Source of the DNA: Snowella sp. | Lineage (GTDB): Bacteria; Cyanobacteriota; Cyanobacteriia; Cyanobacteriales; Microcystaceae | Length of the DNA: 64,000 bases | Direction of reading: 5' to 3' | NCBI GenBank assembly: GCA_035285545.1 | Contig: JAYKGY010000019.1 | Location: forward strand, 96,001 to 160,000 | In this document: positions 51,520 through 62,174 of the stretch, one piece after another | Numbering within the stretch: position 1 is the stretch's first letter | Layout of the letters: each line of letters starts with the position of its first letter | Position numbers and translations under genes: made by a program | The notes under the pieces: generated by a model | Told to the model about the DNA's origin: nothing | Databases searched by the model: none | Seen by the model: the letters and a program-made list of their open reading frames with translations, nothing else

Positions 51520-52008
51520 TTATTCTAATAAGCTCCGTAACATCCAAGAACTTTTTTCGTGAATCTGCAATCGTTCCGTTAACAGATCAACCGTGGCATC
51601 ATCCTGTTCTGCGATCGGTAAAATCGATTGAATCGTATGAACCACCGTTTCTTGGGCTTCTACCAGCAGACGAATCATTTCTTGAGCAGATGGAACACCA
51701 GGGGTTTCAGGAATAGAACTCAACCGCATGAATGCTTCATAGGTTCCAGGCGCGGGAAAACCCAAGCTTCTAATGCGTTCTGCAATCAGGTCAACGGCTT
51801 CAGCCAACTCTTGATACTGGGTTTCAAAGAGCATATGTAGGCTATAAAACATTGCTCCTTTTACATTCCAATGAAAATTATGGGTTTTGAGATACAAGGT
51901 ATAGGTATCAGCCAATAGGCGAGATAATCCGTCTGCAATTTGCTCTCGGTCTTGTTGGGTAATCCCAAAATTTACGGGCATCACCGCAGTATTTTGCTGA
52001 TTAATCAT
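51520..52008 (-). CDS. dps: Dps family DNA-binding ferritin-like protein
   Basis: HNFHWNVKG, LHMLFE, DLIAER, EKSSWML motifs. Confidence 0.95.
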   Translation of the reverse strand: MINQQNTAVMPVNFGITQQDREQIADGLSRLLADTYTLYLKTHNFHWNVKGAMFYSLHMLFETQYQELAEAVDLIAERIRSLGFPAPGTYEAFMRLSSIPETPGVPSAQEMIRLLVEAQETVVHTIQSILPIAEQDDATVDLLTERLQIHEKSSWMLRSLLE

Positions 52009-52215
52009 AAGCTTATGTAGATAACGTCTAATCAATTTTTAGGAACTGTTTAAACCTAGCTCAATGATGTTTGATCTGCTGTTTGGCAATGAAGTTTTAT
52101 TGTATAAATTGTCTTAAAATGTAGTAACCTTTAATCAGATTAATGAAATTCATTCGACACGAAATTACCTTTTTTCTGATTATCATAAAACGGGGATAAC
52201 ATTTTCTCCAACCGA

Positions 52216-52968
52216 TTAATCCGTTGAGTCCGCTGAGGTTAACGGGGCTGGCACCACAATATAGCCAGAAGCGCGATCGCCGAGTACCCAATTTCTGTCG
52301 GTTCCCCAGTACCACCAATAGGCTCCGATATAGGCACAAATGAGACTATCAAGCTGATCTTCAATGGCTTTCAGTTTTTTCCCAGTCAGAGAAGCCGGCA
52401 GAGTGAGCAGGGACAAATCGGTAAGATCTAAAGCGGGAACGAGATTAGGCAAGGTCGTTTGGATATAAAACTGTAATTTTTCCAATCCGGCCCGTTTTTC
52501 TGCTAATTTTCCTTTTTTGTATTTGATAATGCCGGATAGCTGGAAGAGATGAACCATTGCAGGATGGGGAAAAACTTCAATTTGATAGCGTCCTGGCTGT
52601 TGGGGAATAAGGGTGGGAGCATGGTGAAAAGCCCTCGCTTCTAAGCGCAGACCAAATTCGACGGTACGTTCGGCAAAGGGACGACCGAGATTCGCTGGAT
52701 AACAGCCGGCATGGTAACGGCCAAAGTATTGATGGGTGAGGCGATCCGGTAAGCGGGTTCCGGTGGCATTGGGAATTAACGTGGGGGCATCCACTGCAAT
52801 CAGAGCAGCCTCATGCTGGCTCACCTGAGCATCAATCCAATCCAAAATTTCCTCTAACGTTAGTCTGCGGGTGATGTCTATGAGTCGCAATCGAGACTGT
52901 TCCAACTGCAAGCAACATAAGCCACTTTCTCCAGTTCGCCAACCTAAATCTACACCAATAAATTTCAT
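52216..52968 (-). CDS. DUF429 (RNase H-like fold) protein
   Basis: FIGVDLGW, AVDAP, IEVFPH, EDQLDSLICA motifs. Confidence 0.85.
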   Translation of the reverse strand: MKFIGVDLGWRTGESGLCCLQLEQSRLRLIDITRRLTLEEILDWIDAQVSQHEAALIAVDAPTLIPNATGTRLPDRLTHQYFGRYHAGCYPANLGRPFAERTVEFGLRLEARAFHHAPTLIPQQPGRYQIEVFPHPAMVHLFQLSGIIKYKKGKLAEKRAGLEKLQFYIQTTLPNLVPALDLTDLSLLTLPASLTGKKLKAIEDQLDSLICAYIGAYWWYWGTDRNWVLGDRASGYIVVPAPLTSADSTD

Positions 52969-52984
52969 CTTTAATTTTTCTGAT

Positions 52985-55426
52985 TTAAGGGGTTTGAGCA
53001 ATGGGTTTAGGCGATTCTAAGGCAGTTTGGGGGTAAACAATGCGTTGGTGATGGAATTGTTGCCAAACTCGCACAAAAACATCGGCAATGATAGGGAGTT
53101 CTTCGTACTTTAAGCCGCTATCTTTGAGTTGCTCATCCCGCCATCGGGCTTTAAAAATGCGGTTGATCATGATGAGGGCTGCTTCGGGGGTTGCATTTTT
53201 TAGCGATCGCAGAGCCGCTTCTGAACTATCGGCTAACATGACAATGCCAGTCTCCCGTGACTGGGGAATGGGCCCATCGTAACGAAAGAGGGACTCATCC
53301 GCGATCGCGGTTCCTTCTTTTTCTGCTAATTCTTTGGCTTGGTGATAGAAATAGGAAATCAACAAAGTGCCTTGGTGTTCCGGAATAAAATCGCGCACCA
53401 CCTGGGGTAAACCGTAGCGACGGGCCATTTCCGTCCCTTCTGAGACGTGCTTTTTAATAATTTCGACGCTGATATAGGGGTCTTGAATCTGATCGTGCTT
53501 ATTGGGGCCGCCCATCTGATTTTCAATAAATCCCAAGGGATCGTGCATTTTACCAATGTCGTGATAGAGGGTTCCTGTCCTCACCAATTCCACATTACAG
53601 CGCAATTCCCGTGCCGCAGCTTCCGCTAAACAAGCCACAAACAAGGTATGCTGAAATGTCCCAGGTGCTTCCGTCGTTAGGCGTTTTAATAAGGGACAGT
53701 TAGGATTGGCCAGTTCCACCAAGCGAATGGGGGTCACGACATCAAAAAATCGCTCTAAATAGGGAGAAATGCCAATGGCGACAATACACCAGGCCATCCC
53801 CAAGAGACCATAAATCACCGCCCCCGGTAACACCGCATACCAGATGGAAGTGGCTGTGGTACTGAGAATTAAATAGGTGACGAGATACACACCGCCCTGC
53901 AATCCCCCCACACCTGCCCCCAATAGGGCTAAATCATCCCGCGATCGCAGACGACCCGCAATCAAACCCGCCATCACCCCACTCGCAATTCCAGCTAGGG
54001 TATATTCCCAATTAATATTATTGGTCGCAAAGGTGGAAAGTCCGCCTACCAACAACACCTGGGACACCGCTAAGGTCGGCCCATAAAAACTACTCACCAG
54101 CAATCCAACGGCGGGTAAACTCGCGTAGCGGGGATGGAGCAAAGCCATAGCCGGCACACTCAAGCTCAACAAACAGAGCAAAATATGATCCCGACGACGC
54201 AACGGTCGATAGACCCGCTGAGCAATACTGGAAAAAATTAAGACCGCGCCTGCGGCTAAACCGGCTGAAATCCCTAACCCTGTCCAATTGGTTTCCCGTT
54301 GACTTAATCCCAGCCCATCTAAGACCACAAACTGCCGTTGCTCAATGGGTTGACCAGCTTTAACAATAATTTCTCCCCGTTTAATGGAAATCACAACGGG
54401 TTCGATGGATTGGGCCGCTTGCTCTGCGTAACGCTTGGTTTCTTCTTTATCAATGGTTAAATTGTGATTATCGCTTAATAACGCCAATAAGATTCCTTGA
54501 GCAATTTTTTGGGCGATCGCCGGTAAGCTAGTTGGTAATTGCAGTTGCAGGGTTTCTTCTAAAAGGTTTTGGGAAATGCCTGGCGGGAGACCTTGGATTA
54601 AAATTCTGTTAAAAGTCTGGTTAATCGCCTGTTGGGTAGCCTTCCAACTCCCATTATCCAATTGCAGAGCCTCAATAATAATATCTGGAGAAAGATGCTC
54701 CAAATGAATGAGAGCCAATTGCGCTAAAACTTGAGCATAACCTTGACGAGCCGTTTTAACTTTTGCAATTAAGTTATTTAATTCCCCTGGTGAAAGCGTT
54801 TTAATTTTTACCCGTAGGGTTTGACTAATTTGTGCTAACTCAGGAGAAGGAGGGGTGGATGAGGGTCGAGATTGGAGGACATTGAGAAGATATTGCCACT
54901 CTTCATCGGAGCAACTCCGAAGATATTGTTGGCCCGTCAGACTTAAGATTTTGGGGTCAATAAACGGAAACGGCTGACTAATCGCCCTTAGCTGATTAAT
55001 TTGTGCTAATAAATCACTGCGATTTTGTTCTAACTGCTGAGTGAGCTTTGCATCTCGTTTCAGTCGAGGAACAATCCCCGCTCGAACCTCCTTACGTTTA
55101 TCTTCTGTCGTTTTTTCATCTAAAAATTGAGCATCCTTGGGAGCGGTAATCGTTGTCGGAGAGAGACTGCCAACCGATAATTGGGGTTGATTGTAGAAGC
55201 GATAACCGATGACTCCTGTTAAGGAAACCACAGCGATGCCAAACATGACAGGAGAATGGATTTTGCGGATGCGGCGAGAACAACAAATTTTATGTAAAAT
55301 ACCGGGGCAACGGGGCGTTTTCTGAGGCGGCAACAACGAAAAAGAGAGTGGTTCTTTTGTCCATTTATCGTGGGAACTACGCCACCAGTCCTGTAGAGAT
55401 TGATTGAAATTCTGAAACGGTTTCAT
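52985..55426 (-). CDS. 7TM-HD (HDIG) phosphohydrolase, PgpH-like
   Basis: APGTFQH, YHDIGK, FIENQ, EHQGT, GPIPQSRE, MLAD motifs; multi-TM. Confidence 0.9.
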   Translation of the reverse strand: MKPFQNFNQSLQDWWRSSHDKWTKEPLSFSLLPPQKTPRCPGILHKICCSRRIRKIHSPVMFGIAVVSLTGVIGYRFYNQPQLSVGSLSPTTITAPKDAQFLDEKTTEDKRKEVRAGIVPRLKRDAKLTQQLEQNRSDLLAQINQLRAISQPFPFIDPKILSLTGQQYLRSCSDEEWQYLLNVLQSRPSSTPPSPELAQISQTLRVKIKTLSPGELNNLIAKVKTARQGYAQVLAQLALIHLEHLSPDIIIEALQLDNGSWKATQQAINQTFNRILIQGLPPGISQNLLEETLQLQLPTSLPAIAQKIAQGILLALLSDNHNLTIDKEETKRYAEQAAQSIEPVVISIKRGEIIVKAGQPIEQRQFVVLDGLGLSQRETNWTGLGISAGLAAGAVLIFSSIAQRVYRPLRRRDHILLCLLSLSVPAMALLHPRYASLPAVGLLVSSFYGPTLAVSQVLLVGGLSTFATNNINWEYTLAGIASGVMAGLIAGRLRSRDDLALLGAGVGGLQGGVYLVTYLILSTTATSIWYAVLPGAVIYGLLGMAWCIVAIGISPYLERFFDVVTPIRLVELANPNCPLLKRLTTEAPGTFQHTLFVACLAEAAARELRCNVELVRTGTLYHDIGKMHDPLGFIENQMGGPNKHDQIQDPYISVEIIKKHVSEGTEMARRYGLPQVVRDFIPEHQGTLLISYFYHQAKELAEKEGTAIADESLFRYDGPIPQSRETGIVMLADSSEAALRSLKNATPEAALIMINRIFKARWRDEQLKDSGLKYEELPIIADVFVRVWQQFHHQRIVYPQTALESPKPIAQTP

Positions 55427-55758
55427 CGGGAGATGGGGGTAAACATAGTTAAAAACCGATCACTTGATTCAAGAAAAAAGGGGGTGACTCACAATCAGAA
55501 TTAAGCTTTATTCTGTAACGAAAGGGGCCCTTTGGCAAAAAGATTCGGGTTTTAATGATTGAATTAATCCCCTGGTGCTGAACATGACCTGAAATTTTAA
55601 TGATGCTTTTATTGCACCATGACACTCATCACACTTCCTCAATTACTCTAACAAGAGGCGAGGAAATTTTCCAAGGATCTTTTCCCCACCGCTTTACGTT
55701 TCTTAAACTCTCGACCGACATCCTGCTTCAGACGGATTTTGTTTTTTATCATCAGGAT

Positions 55759-56601
55759 TCAAGGGAAATACTGAGATTGGGAAATGAGGGGAGGATGGGA
55801 GCGACGTTGAATGACACGGGGAGAGGCCAGTAGCGTTGCAGATAGACTGGAGGGGGGCGCGAGGCTTCCAGACCAGCGTTGCCAAAACCCATCACAAATT
55901 TCTGACAGTTGAGCAGGGGAAAGGAGGGTTTCAATGGTGAGTCGCCAAGTTAGGGGAATGCCGATTAAACCGTGATAGGCTCCGGCTAAGGCTCCTGTAA
56001 AGGGTAAAACCAGCGAATGGGGGCATTGACTCGCTCGTTTCAGGCTTAAAACGAAATTAGTGGGGGTGTCGATGAAGCAATAAAGTGAGAGGGCGATCGC
56101 CGAAGAGAGAGAACCATCATTGACGGATTGAATCACGTCAGACAAAGGAAGGCGTTGGTGAATAGCCTGCATAGTCACGGATAGCGGCGTAACCGACGAG
56201 GAGACTGGAATCGATGGGAAAAAATCGGGTTCAGGATAAAACCGTTCTCGCAAGATCGCCGTTAAAATTTGGCTCCAGGTTTGTAGCGCGAAAGTATCTG
56301 CTAGGGACAGCCATCCCTTATCCATTAAGGATTGTAACAAGTCTGATCGGGCAGCCGGATAGTCATGCCAAAAGAGGGCGAGAGGAATCCAGCAGAGGAG
56401 TGCGGAAGACTTATCAGGGTTTTTACGGGCGATCGCGTCCCACTGTTCCTCGGAAATCGGGCCTGTCTGGCCGAGAGTTTGAGTGATTTCAAGTAGGCTA
56501 TTACGGTTGAGCGGGGTAGCGGGATGGTCATCTTGTGGATTTAAATTGAGTAAACTCCCATAGAGGCTCCCCTTCAATCGATTAAATAACGATAAATTCA
56601 T
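55759..56601 (-). CDS. ADP-ribosylglycohydrolase-like protein (degenerate)
   Basis: RLKGSLYG N-terminus and TGALAGAYHG..GIP.W; metal-binding Asp motifs not seen. Confidence 0.7.
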   Translation of the reverse strand: MNLSLFNRLKGSLYGSLLNLNPQDDHPATPLNRNSLLEITQTLGQTGPISEEQWDAIARKNPDKSSALLCWIPLALFWHDYPAARSDLLQSLMDKGWLSLADTFALQTWSQILTAILRERFYPEPDFFPSIPVSSSVTPLSVTMQAIHQRLPLSDVIQSVNDGSLSSAIALSLYCFIDTPTNFVLSLKRASQCPHSLVLPFTGALAGAYHGLIGIPLTWRLTIETLLSPAQLSEICDGFWQRWSGSLAPPSSLSATLLASPRVIQRRSHPPLISQSQYFP

Positions 56602-56828
56602 GAATTTTGATGAAGCTGAATAGTTTGATCGCGAGGGATAGCAAGGCAAGACGGTCATTCCCGAAAATTAGAGAGAAAGGCTTGCTCCGTAGATGAAAAA
56701 AACATCCCCGTATTTACACGAGATCGATCCAGAGAAGGTTGATAGATTCCGTAATTCTTCTCAGGGTAGGCCTTCCGTAATAACGATAGGCTTTAACTAC
56801 AAAAGTTTAGAGCAGGGAGCAAAAGTGT

Positions 56829-57029
56829 ATGAATAACTATGATTCTAAAGCCTATGAAAACACCTTTAAAGATGCTCGTTTTTGGGATGGTTTAAGAACG
56901 GAGTCTCCCCTCGGCAATCGGAAACTGTGGATGGAATGCCGTTGCTTAACGGATTCTTTTTATGATGAGTTGGTGATTCGGGGCTACTTAATCCCTTTTC
57001 CGAAGTCTTCTGACCAACCTTTTTTGTAA
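56829..57029 (+). CDS. hypothetical 66-aa protein
   Basis: ATG with purine-rich upstream region in an otherwise empty intergenic gap. Confidence 0.45.
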   Translation: MNNYDSKAYENTFKDARFWDGLRTESPLGNRKLWMECRCLTDSFYDELVIRGYLIPFPKSSDQPFL

Positions 57030-57135
57030 GTTTGTGAGCCGAGATCGCGATCGCTATTCCTCAAAAATCCAGCATGAACTCACCCAAAGCCAATAGAGCG
57101 CAGCTAAAATTGATTAAATTTAAAACTGCCGAATT

Positions 57136-59100
57136 TTAGTTTAAAATCCTGTTTTTATTGCTAATAATATTAAAATCAGCGTTTAGAGGCGTGGTGGGAA
57201 GCGTGAAATAAAAAGTACTCCCTTGACCGAGTACACTTTCTACCCAAATCTCTCCACCGTGACCTTGAATAATATCGCGGCAGATCGCTAATCCTAAGCC
57301 TGTTCCGCCTTTTTCGCGGGCATCGGAGGCATCAACCTGTTGGAAGGGTTCAAAAATGGATTCTAAATTTTGTGGCGGAATTCCGCGACCGCGATCGCTA
57401 ACGGTAAATTGGGCCCAGCGAATGGCAGAAGGGGACGATAAATCCTCTGATGGAATGATATCTACCCATAAATCAATGGAAGAGTGGGGAGGAGAAAATT
57501 TAATGGCGTTACTGAGCAAATTAATCAAAACTTGAATGAGTCGATCCTGATCTGCGTAGAGGGAAAAAACTGGAGAGGAGACATGGATCGGGATGTGGGC
57601 CTGCTTGGCTAATTCTTGAGTTTGCGCGATCGCATTTTTAAGAATTTGTTGGACAGGGTAATAATCCTTCATTAACCGCAATTTACCCGAACGTAACCGT
57701 TCCAAATCCAAAATATCATTGACCAAACGCACCAGCCGATCCACGCCATCCGTTGCAATACTAATGGTTGTTTCTCCTTCTTCTGAGGTGGCATCAATCA
57801 CCTTGTCGTGTAATAAACTCAAAGAGGCTTGGATGGTTGTCAGGGGAGTCCGTAATTCATGGCTAACGGTGGAGAGGAACTGAGACTTCATCCGTTCTAG
57901 GTGATAACGCTCGGTAATATCTTCTCCAATGGCAATAATCCCAATGGTTTGGCCTAGATTATTTTTTAATACCGAGTTGCGCCAGGCAATCATGCGCTCT
58001 TCTCCCGATTTCGTCAAAATAGCGTTAATGTGATGCTCTGAGGAACCTTCAGTCAGCACTTCCTGAAAAATGAAATCAAGACTCGCAGCGATCGAAGGAG
58101 GCGTAAAATGGGTTATCCAATGTTTCCCAATCACTTCTTCGGGGGTAAAATAGGCAATTTTTTGAAAAAAGGGGTTGATATATTCAACAAATCCCTCTTG
58201 ATTCAATTCAACAACAATCATTTGAATACTGTCTAAGACTGACCGCCAACGACGATTAAATTCTTTGATTTCCGCTTCTGTTTGTTTCCGCTCGGTAATT
58301 TCTTCACAAACGACACTAATCCCAATTACCCGATCCTCATCCTTTAACGGTAAAAAGTTTTCTAGCCAGACGCGCTGTACTCCGGGTTGGGAGGGGGTTT
58401 CTCCGACAATTTCTACATTTAACAGGGGTTGGCCAGTTTCTAAAACAGAACGCAATAATTGTTCCGCCGTATCCGCCAGATTCGGTAATAGCTCTCGCAG
58501 GTTACGGCCAATGTGTTCTTCAACGGTAAACCCATTGATCTCTGCCAAGCGATGGTTAATGCGGACAAAGCGAAGATTACGATCTAAAACACTTAAACCA
58601 ATCGGCGCAGATTGATAAATGGTTTCAATTTCTGATAATTGTTGCTGGAGTTGAGATTGGCTTTCCCGTAGGGCTTTTTCATTTTTTTCTTGCTCTCTCA
58701 GTTCTCTTTTGAGTTGTGCTTCATTCTCTTGTCTGACCTGTCGAATTTGTTGGCTCAATCGTTCAATTTTTCGCTTACTTTCTCGAAATTGATGGGTTAG
58801 GACGGTAATCACTAACCCCCCTCCTGTAAAAATAGCTAATCGCCATAAATCTTCAGTAATTAGCCCAGAATCCCCTGGGGCAAGCGTGCTAAGGAGATAG
58901 GCGATCGTTAAGGAAGATAGGGTAAATGAGACAATACCCGGCGCAAAACCGCCATACCAGGTAGTGAGAATAATCGCGATATACAGTATGGGGCTAAGGA
59001 TCGGAGAAAGTAAGGTATTCAGCCATAACGTCATTAATATCGCGATCGCCGTTAAGCCAATAGCTAGCCCGTAGGGAAAAAATCGCTGCTGTCTTCTCAT
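57136..59100 (-). CDS. DUF4118/PAS-PAS sensor histidine kinase
   Basis: N-terminal TMs, two PAS/PAC (DITER/EITER), SHELRTPL, NLLSNAIKF, DRGRG, GTGLGL. Confidence 0.93.
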   Translation of the reverse strand: MRRQQRFFPYGLAIGLTAIAILMTLWLNTLLSPILSPILYIAIILTTWYGGFAPGIVSFTLSSLTIAYLLSTLAPGDSGLITEDLWRLAIFTGGGLVITVLTHQFRESKRKIERLSQQIRQVRQENEAQLKRELREQEKNEKALRESQSQLQQQLSEIETIYQSAPIGLSVLDRNLRFVRINHRLAEINGFTVEEHIGRNLRELLPNLADTAEQLLRSVLETGQPLLNVEIVGETPSQPGVQRVWLENFLPLKDEDRVIGISVVCEEITERKQTEAEIKEFNRRWRSVLDSIQMIVVELNQEGFVEYINPFFQKIAYFTPEEVIGKHWITHFTPPSIAASLDFIFQEVLTEGSSEHHINAILTKSGEERMIAWRNSVLKNNLGQTIGIIAIGEDITERYHLERMKSQFLSTVSHELRTPLTTIQASLSLLHDKVIDATSEEGETTISIATDGVDRLVRLVNDILDLERLRSGKLRLMKDYYPVQQILKNAIAQTQELAKQAHIPIHVSSPVFSLYADQDRLIQVLINLLSNAIKFSPPHSSIDLWVDIIPSEDLSSPSAIRWAQFTVSDRGRGIPPQNLESIFEPFQQVDASDAREKGGTGLGLAICRDIIQGHGGEIWVESVLGQGSTFYFTLPTTPLNADFNIISNKNRILN

Positions 59101-59445
59101 TAAAAGGTTGGATATCTAGGGATATTTATCTAACTGATGGTAAGAGGGTTTAAACGTCCGAGTTAACCTTCTTTGCCCAGGAGGAAACCGCTGGATAGCA
59201 GGGGGAACGTCTTGAATGTTGGGGATACTTTCAAGCGTATTTTTCCAAGTCTATTCTATCTCCCTAATTCCTGACACCTGTTTGTCTAATGACGGAAGGT
59301 AAGGACTTTTCCCTCCCCCAATCCCTTTCCATCCTATCTAAAGAGAGAGATTAAAGACGCTTCTAAGGGTAGAACCCAATTCCTTCTTTTTCTCATTAGC
59401 CTGGGAGCCATAGAAAATCCTGTAATGTATTCTGAATGAATTTTT

Positions 59446-59655
59446 ATGAAAACCTCCGCAATTAATACGGATTCGGTTCCTAACGTTGCCCCTGCGTACA
59501 ATGGCAGCGATCGCAATGCCTGGCTTTTTGGCTGGACTCCCCAACAAGAATTATGGAATGGGCGTTTAGCCATGTTAGGTTTTATGGCTTATTTACTCTG
59601 GGATTGGGCTGGTTATAGCGTCTTACGAGATGTTTTACACCTGATTCCTCGCTAA
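59446..59655 (+). CDS. high-light-inducible (HLIP/CAB-like) protein
   Basis: ELWNGRLAMLGF chlorophyll-binding ExxNxR motif. Confidence 0.9.
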   Translation: MKTSAINTDSVPNVAPAYNGSDRNAWLFGWTPQQELWNGRLAMLGFMAYLLWDWAGYSVLRDVLHLIPR

Positions 59656-59764
59656 ATTATTCGTTAATCGCCCTATCAATGCAATTGAACGCAATTGAAT
59701 AATTGAATGTAATTATCTCAAACGCTACTTTTTGAAACCCTGTTGATAAAAAATCCCCATCACC

Positions 59765-60226
59765 ATGCAAACATCTATTTCTTCCCAATCTGCTTCGACA
59801 ATCCGTTATAGTGCCCTATTTATCGGGTTGTTTTTCTTGCTTCTCGGTTTAGCAGGATTTATGCCAGCTTTTGTTTCCTACCGGACTAACCCCACTGAAG
59901 TTGCGGGTTTTGGCTATCTGTTTGGATTATTTCCCACCAACTATTTCCATAATGCCATTGGTATTTTGGTCGGCCTCTGGGGAATCGCGGCTTCGACGAG
60001 CTTAAGTGGCGCGATCGTTTTTGACCGGATTTTCGCGATTATCTATGCCGTAGTCGCCATTTTAGGGTTATTCCCTGCCACCAATAACTTTTTTGGCATG
60101 ACTCCCCTTTACGGGAATAATATCTGGCTTAATGCGCTAACGGCTGGGGTAGCCTTCTATTTTGGTTTTATGAAATCTGTAGAAAGCGATCTCTCTACTC
60201 CTTCTAGTCCTCAACCCAGCGTTTAA
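59765..60226 (+). CDS. DUF4383 membrane protein
   Basis: GLAGF.P, LFGLFPTNYFHN, 4 TM segments. Confidence 0.8.
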   Translation: MQTSISSQSASTIRYSALFIGLFFLLLGLAGFMPAFVSYRTNPTEVAGFGYLFGLFPTNYFHNAIGILVGLWGIAASTSLSGAIVFDRIFAIIYAVVAILGLFPATNNFFGMTPLYGNNIWLNALTAGVAFYFGFMKSVESDLSTPSSPQPSV

Positions 60227-60268
60227 TTCATATTAAATTCAATTACAGTTCAAATAGGATTAAATGCT

Positions 60269-60318
60269 ATCCCCCCTAGCCCCCCTTTCTAAGGTGGGAA
60301 GCCGTAAGGCGGGGGGAT
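60269..60318. repeat. REP/MITE-like GC-rich palindromic element
   Basis: ATCCCCCC...GGGGGGAT ends with internal ccccctt..aaggtggg and GCC-GTAA-GGC hairpins, between convergent genes. Confidence 0.65.
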
Positions 60319-60327
60319 TAACTATTT

Positions 60328-61386
60328 TTAAACCGCAGCAACGGCTACTTGGGGCCAACGACCAACCGCTTTACCGATGACCGATAACTCTTGCATCACC
60401 CGATCAAACCGTTCAGGGGTCAAAGACTGTGGCCCATCGGATAGGGCTTTTGCGGGGTTGGGATGAACTTCAATCATTAATGAATCGGTTCCACCCGCGA
60501 TCGCGGCCATGGCCATGGAAGGTACATAATCCGATTTACCCGTACCGTGACTGGGATCAATCATGATGGGTAGGTGGGTTAAATTGCGTAACACAGGTAA
60601 GACCGAAAGATCTAAGGTATTACGAGTATATTTTTGATCAAATGTCCGAATACCCCGCTCACAGAGAATCACATTCGGATTCCCCGCCGCGAGAATATAT
60701 TCCGCCGCCATTAACCATTCTTCAATGCTGGCAGACATCCCCCGCTTTAACAGAACAGGCTTATCCTGGGCCCCAACTTTTTTCAACATGGCGAAGTTCT
60801 GCATATTACGTGCCCCGACCTGAATCACATCGGCGACTTCCGCAATTTTTTCTAAATCCGCCGTATCCATTACTTCAGTGATAATTCCTAAACCGCTGGC
60901 TTCTTTTGCGGCAGCTAATAGTCCTAATGCGCTTTCACCATGACCCTGGAAGGCATAGGGAGAAGTCCGAGGTTTGAACGCTCCACCCCGTAAAAATTGC
61001 GCGCCTGCGGCCTTAACCCGTTTAGCAGTTTCAACGATCATCTCTTCGTTTTCAACCGAACAAGGGCCTGCAACTACCACAATGGGATGATGTTTACCGA
61101 TCGCGACAGGGCCATTGGGAGTGGGAACAATCACTTCACTATAATCGCCGTGACGATACTCTAAACTCGCCCGTTTAAACGGTTGTTCAACCCGCAGAAC
61201 GTCTTCAATCCAAGGACTCACTTCTTGAATTTGTAGTGGATCAAGCCCCGCCGTTTCACCGACTAAGCCGATAACGACTTTATGTTTACCGACAATTTTT
61301 TCAGGTGTAAACCCTTTTTCTGAAAAATCTTGGGTAACACGCTCAATCTCTAATTCGGGAGTCCCGACTTTCATTACAACGATCAT
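60328..61386 (-). CDS. aroF: DAHP synthase (class I beta)
   Basis: AGPCSVE, GGAFKPRTSPY, GARNMQN, CERGIR, DPSH motifs. Confidence 0.95.
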   Translation of the reverse strand: MIVVMKVGTPELEIERVTQDFSEKGFTPEKIVGKHKVVIGLVGETAGLDPLQIQEVSPWIEDVLRVEQPFKRASLEYRHGDYSEVIVPTPNGPVAIGKHHPIVVVAGPCSVENEEMIVETAKRVKAAGAQFLRGGAFKPRTSPYAFQGHGESALGLLAAAKEASGLGIITEVMDTADLEKIAEVADVIQVGARNMQNFAMLKKVGAQDKPVLLKRGMSASIEEWLMAAEYILAAGNPNVILCERGIRTFDQKYTRNTLDLSVLPVLRNLTHLPIMIDPSHGTGKSDYVPSMAMAAIAGGTDSLMIEVHPNPAKALSDGPQSLTPERFDRVMQELSVIGKAVGRWPQVAVAAV

Positions 61387-61658
61387 AGTTAAAACAACCT
61401 CACGGGTTAATGGATAGATAATATCAAAGGGCTAAATAAACTTCTTACATAATGGGCTTAACTATCTCGTATCTTGTTCTGAACATCGAACAGCGGATTA
61501 AAACTTAAAATTATGAAAGAAATCTATTTTCGTAAATCATAAAAACCTTTCCTCGATTGTAAACATTTTATTTTTCGAGATTCAAGGTTAAATGCAAAAA
61601 ATCAAAAGCTTTATTTAAAAAATGAATATCGCAAGACAAAATCAATAAAAAATCACAA

Positions 61659-62150
61659 CTAACTTTCTTTTGCCCTGCGTGCCTCTTCTCTAGCGGCTTT
61701 CCAAGCGGTAATAGCTCGGTCAACATTGATTTTGATTTCCTGCCATCCTAACCAACTTCCGTCGCGCTCCTCATCCCAAGAGGTGGAAAAAATGCCATAG
61801 CTCAGCCCTAAAACCCCTAAGCCAAAGAGCAATAAGCTAACACCAAAAACCACATAGGTCGGAATTTCGAGCCAATCGTGGCTGACAATCCAATAAAACA
61901 CCACAAACGACAACATCGCTGAAGCCGTCGGAATCCCTGAAAAGATTGCCATCCGTCTAATCATGCGTTGGCTGACAACTTCGGGAATTGCTCCACTTTG
62001 GGGTTTACGTTTGCCCTTAACGGCTTTGGCTTTGGCTTTAGTCGCAGTAGGTTTAGCTTCTACCTTGGCAGCCGGTGGCGTTTTGGGTGTTTTTTTCTTT
62101 TTTTGTTTGCCTTCAAAAGGAAGGGGGGCGCGAGAAGAGGGGTCAGGCAT
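61659..62150 (-). CDS. pam68: PAM68 family PSII assembly factor
   Basis: IPEVVSQRM.RRM, GLSYGIFSTSWD motifs; downstream of rpsO. Confidence 0.9.
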   Translation of the reverse strand: MPDPSSRAPLPFEGKQKKKKTPKTPPAAKVEAKPTATKAKAKAVKGKRKPQSGAIPEVVSQRMIRRMAIFSGIPTASAMLSFVVFYWIVSHDWLEIPTYVVFGVSLLLFGLGVLGLSYGIFSTSWDEERDGSWLGWQEIKINVDRAITAWKAAREEARRAKES

Positions 62151-62174
62151 AGAAATTTACGATAAAAGGAAATA

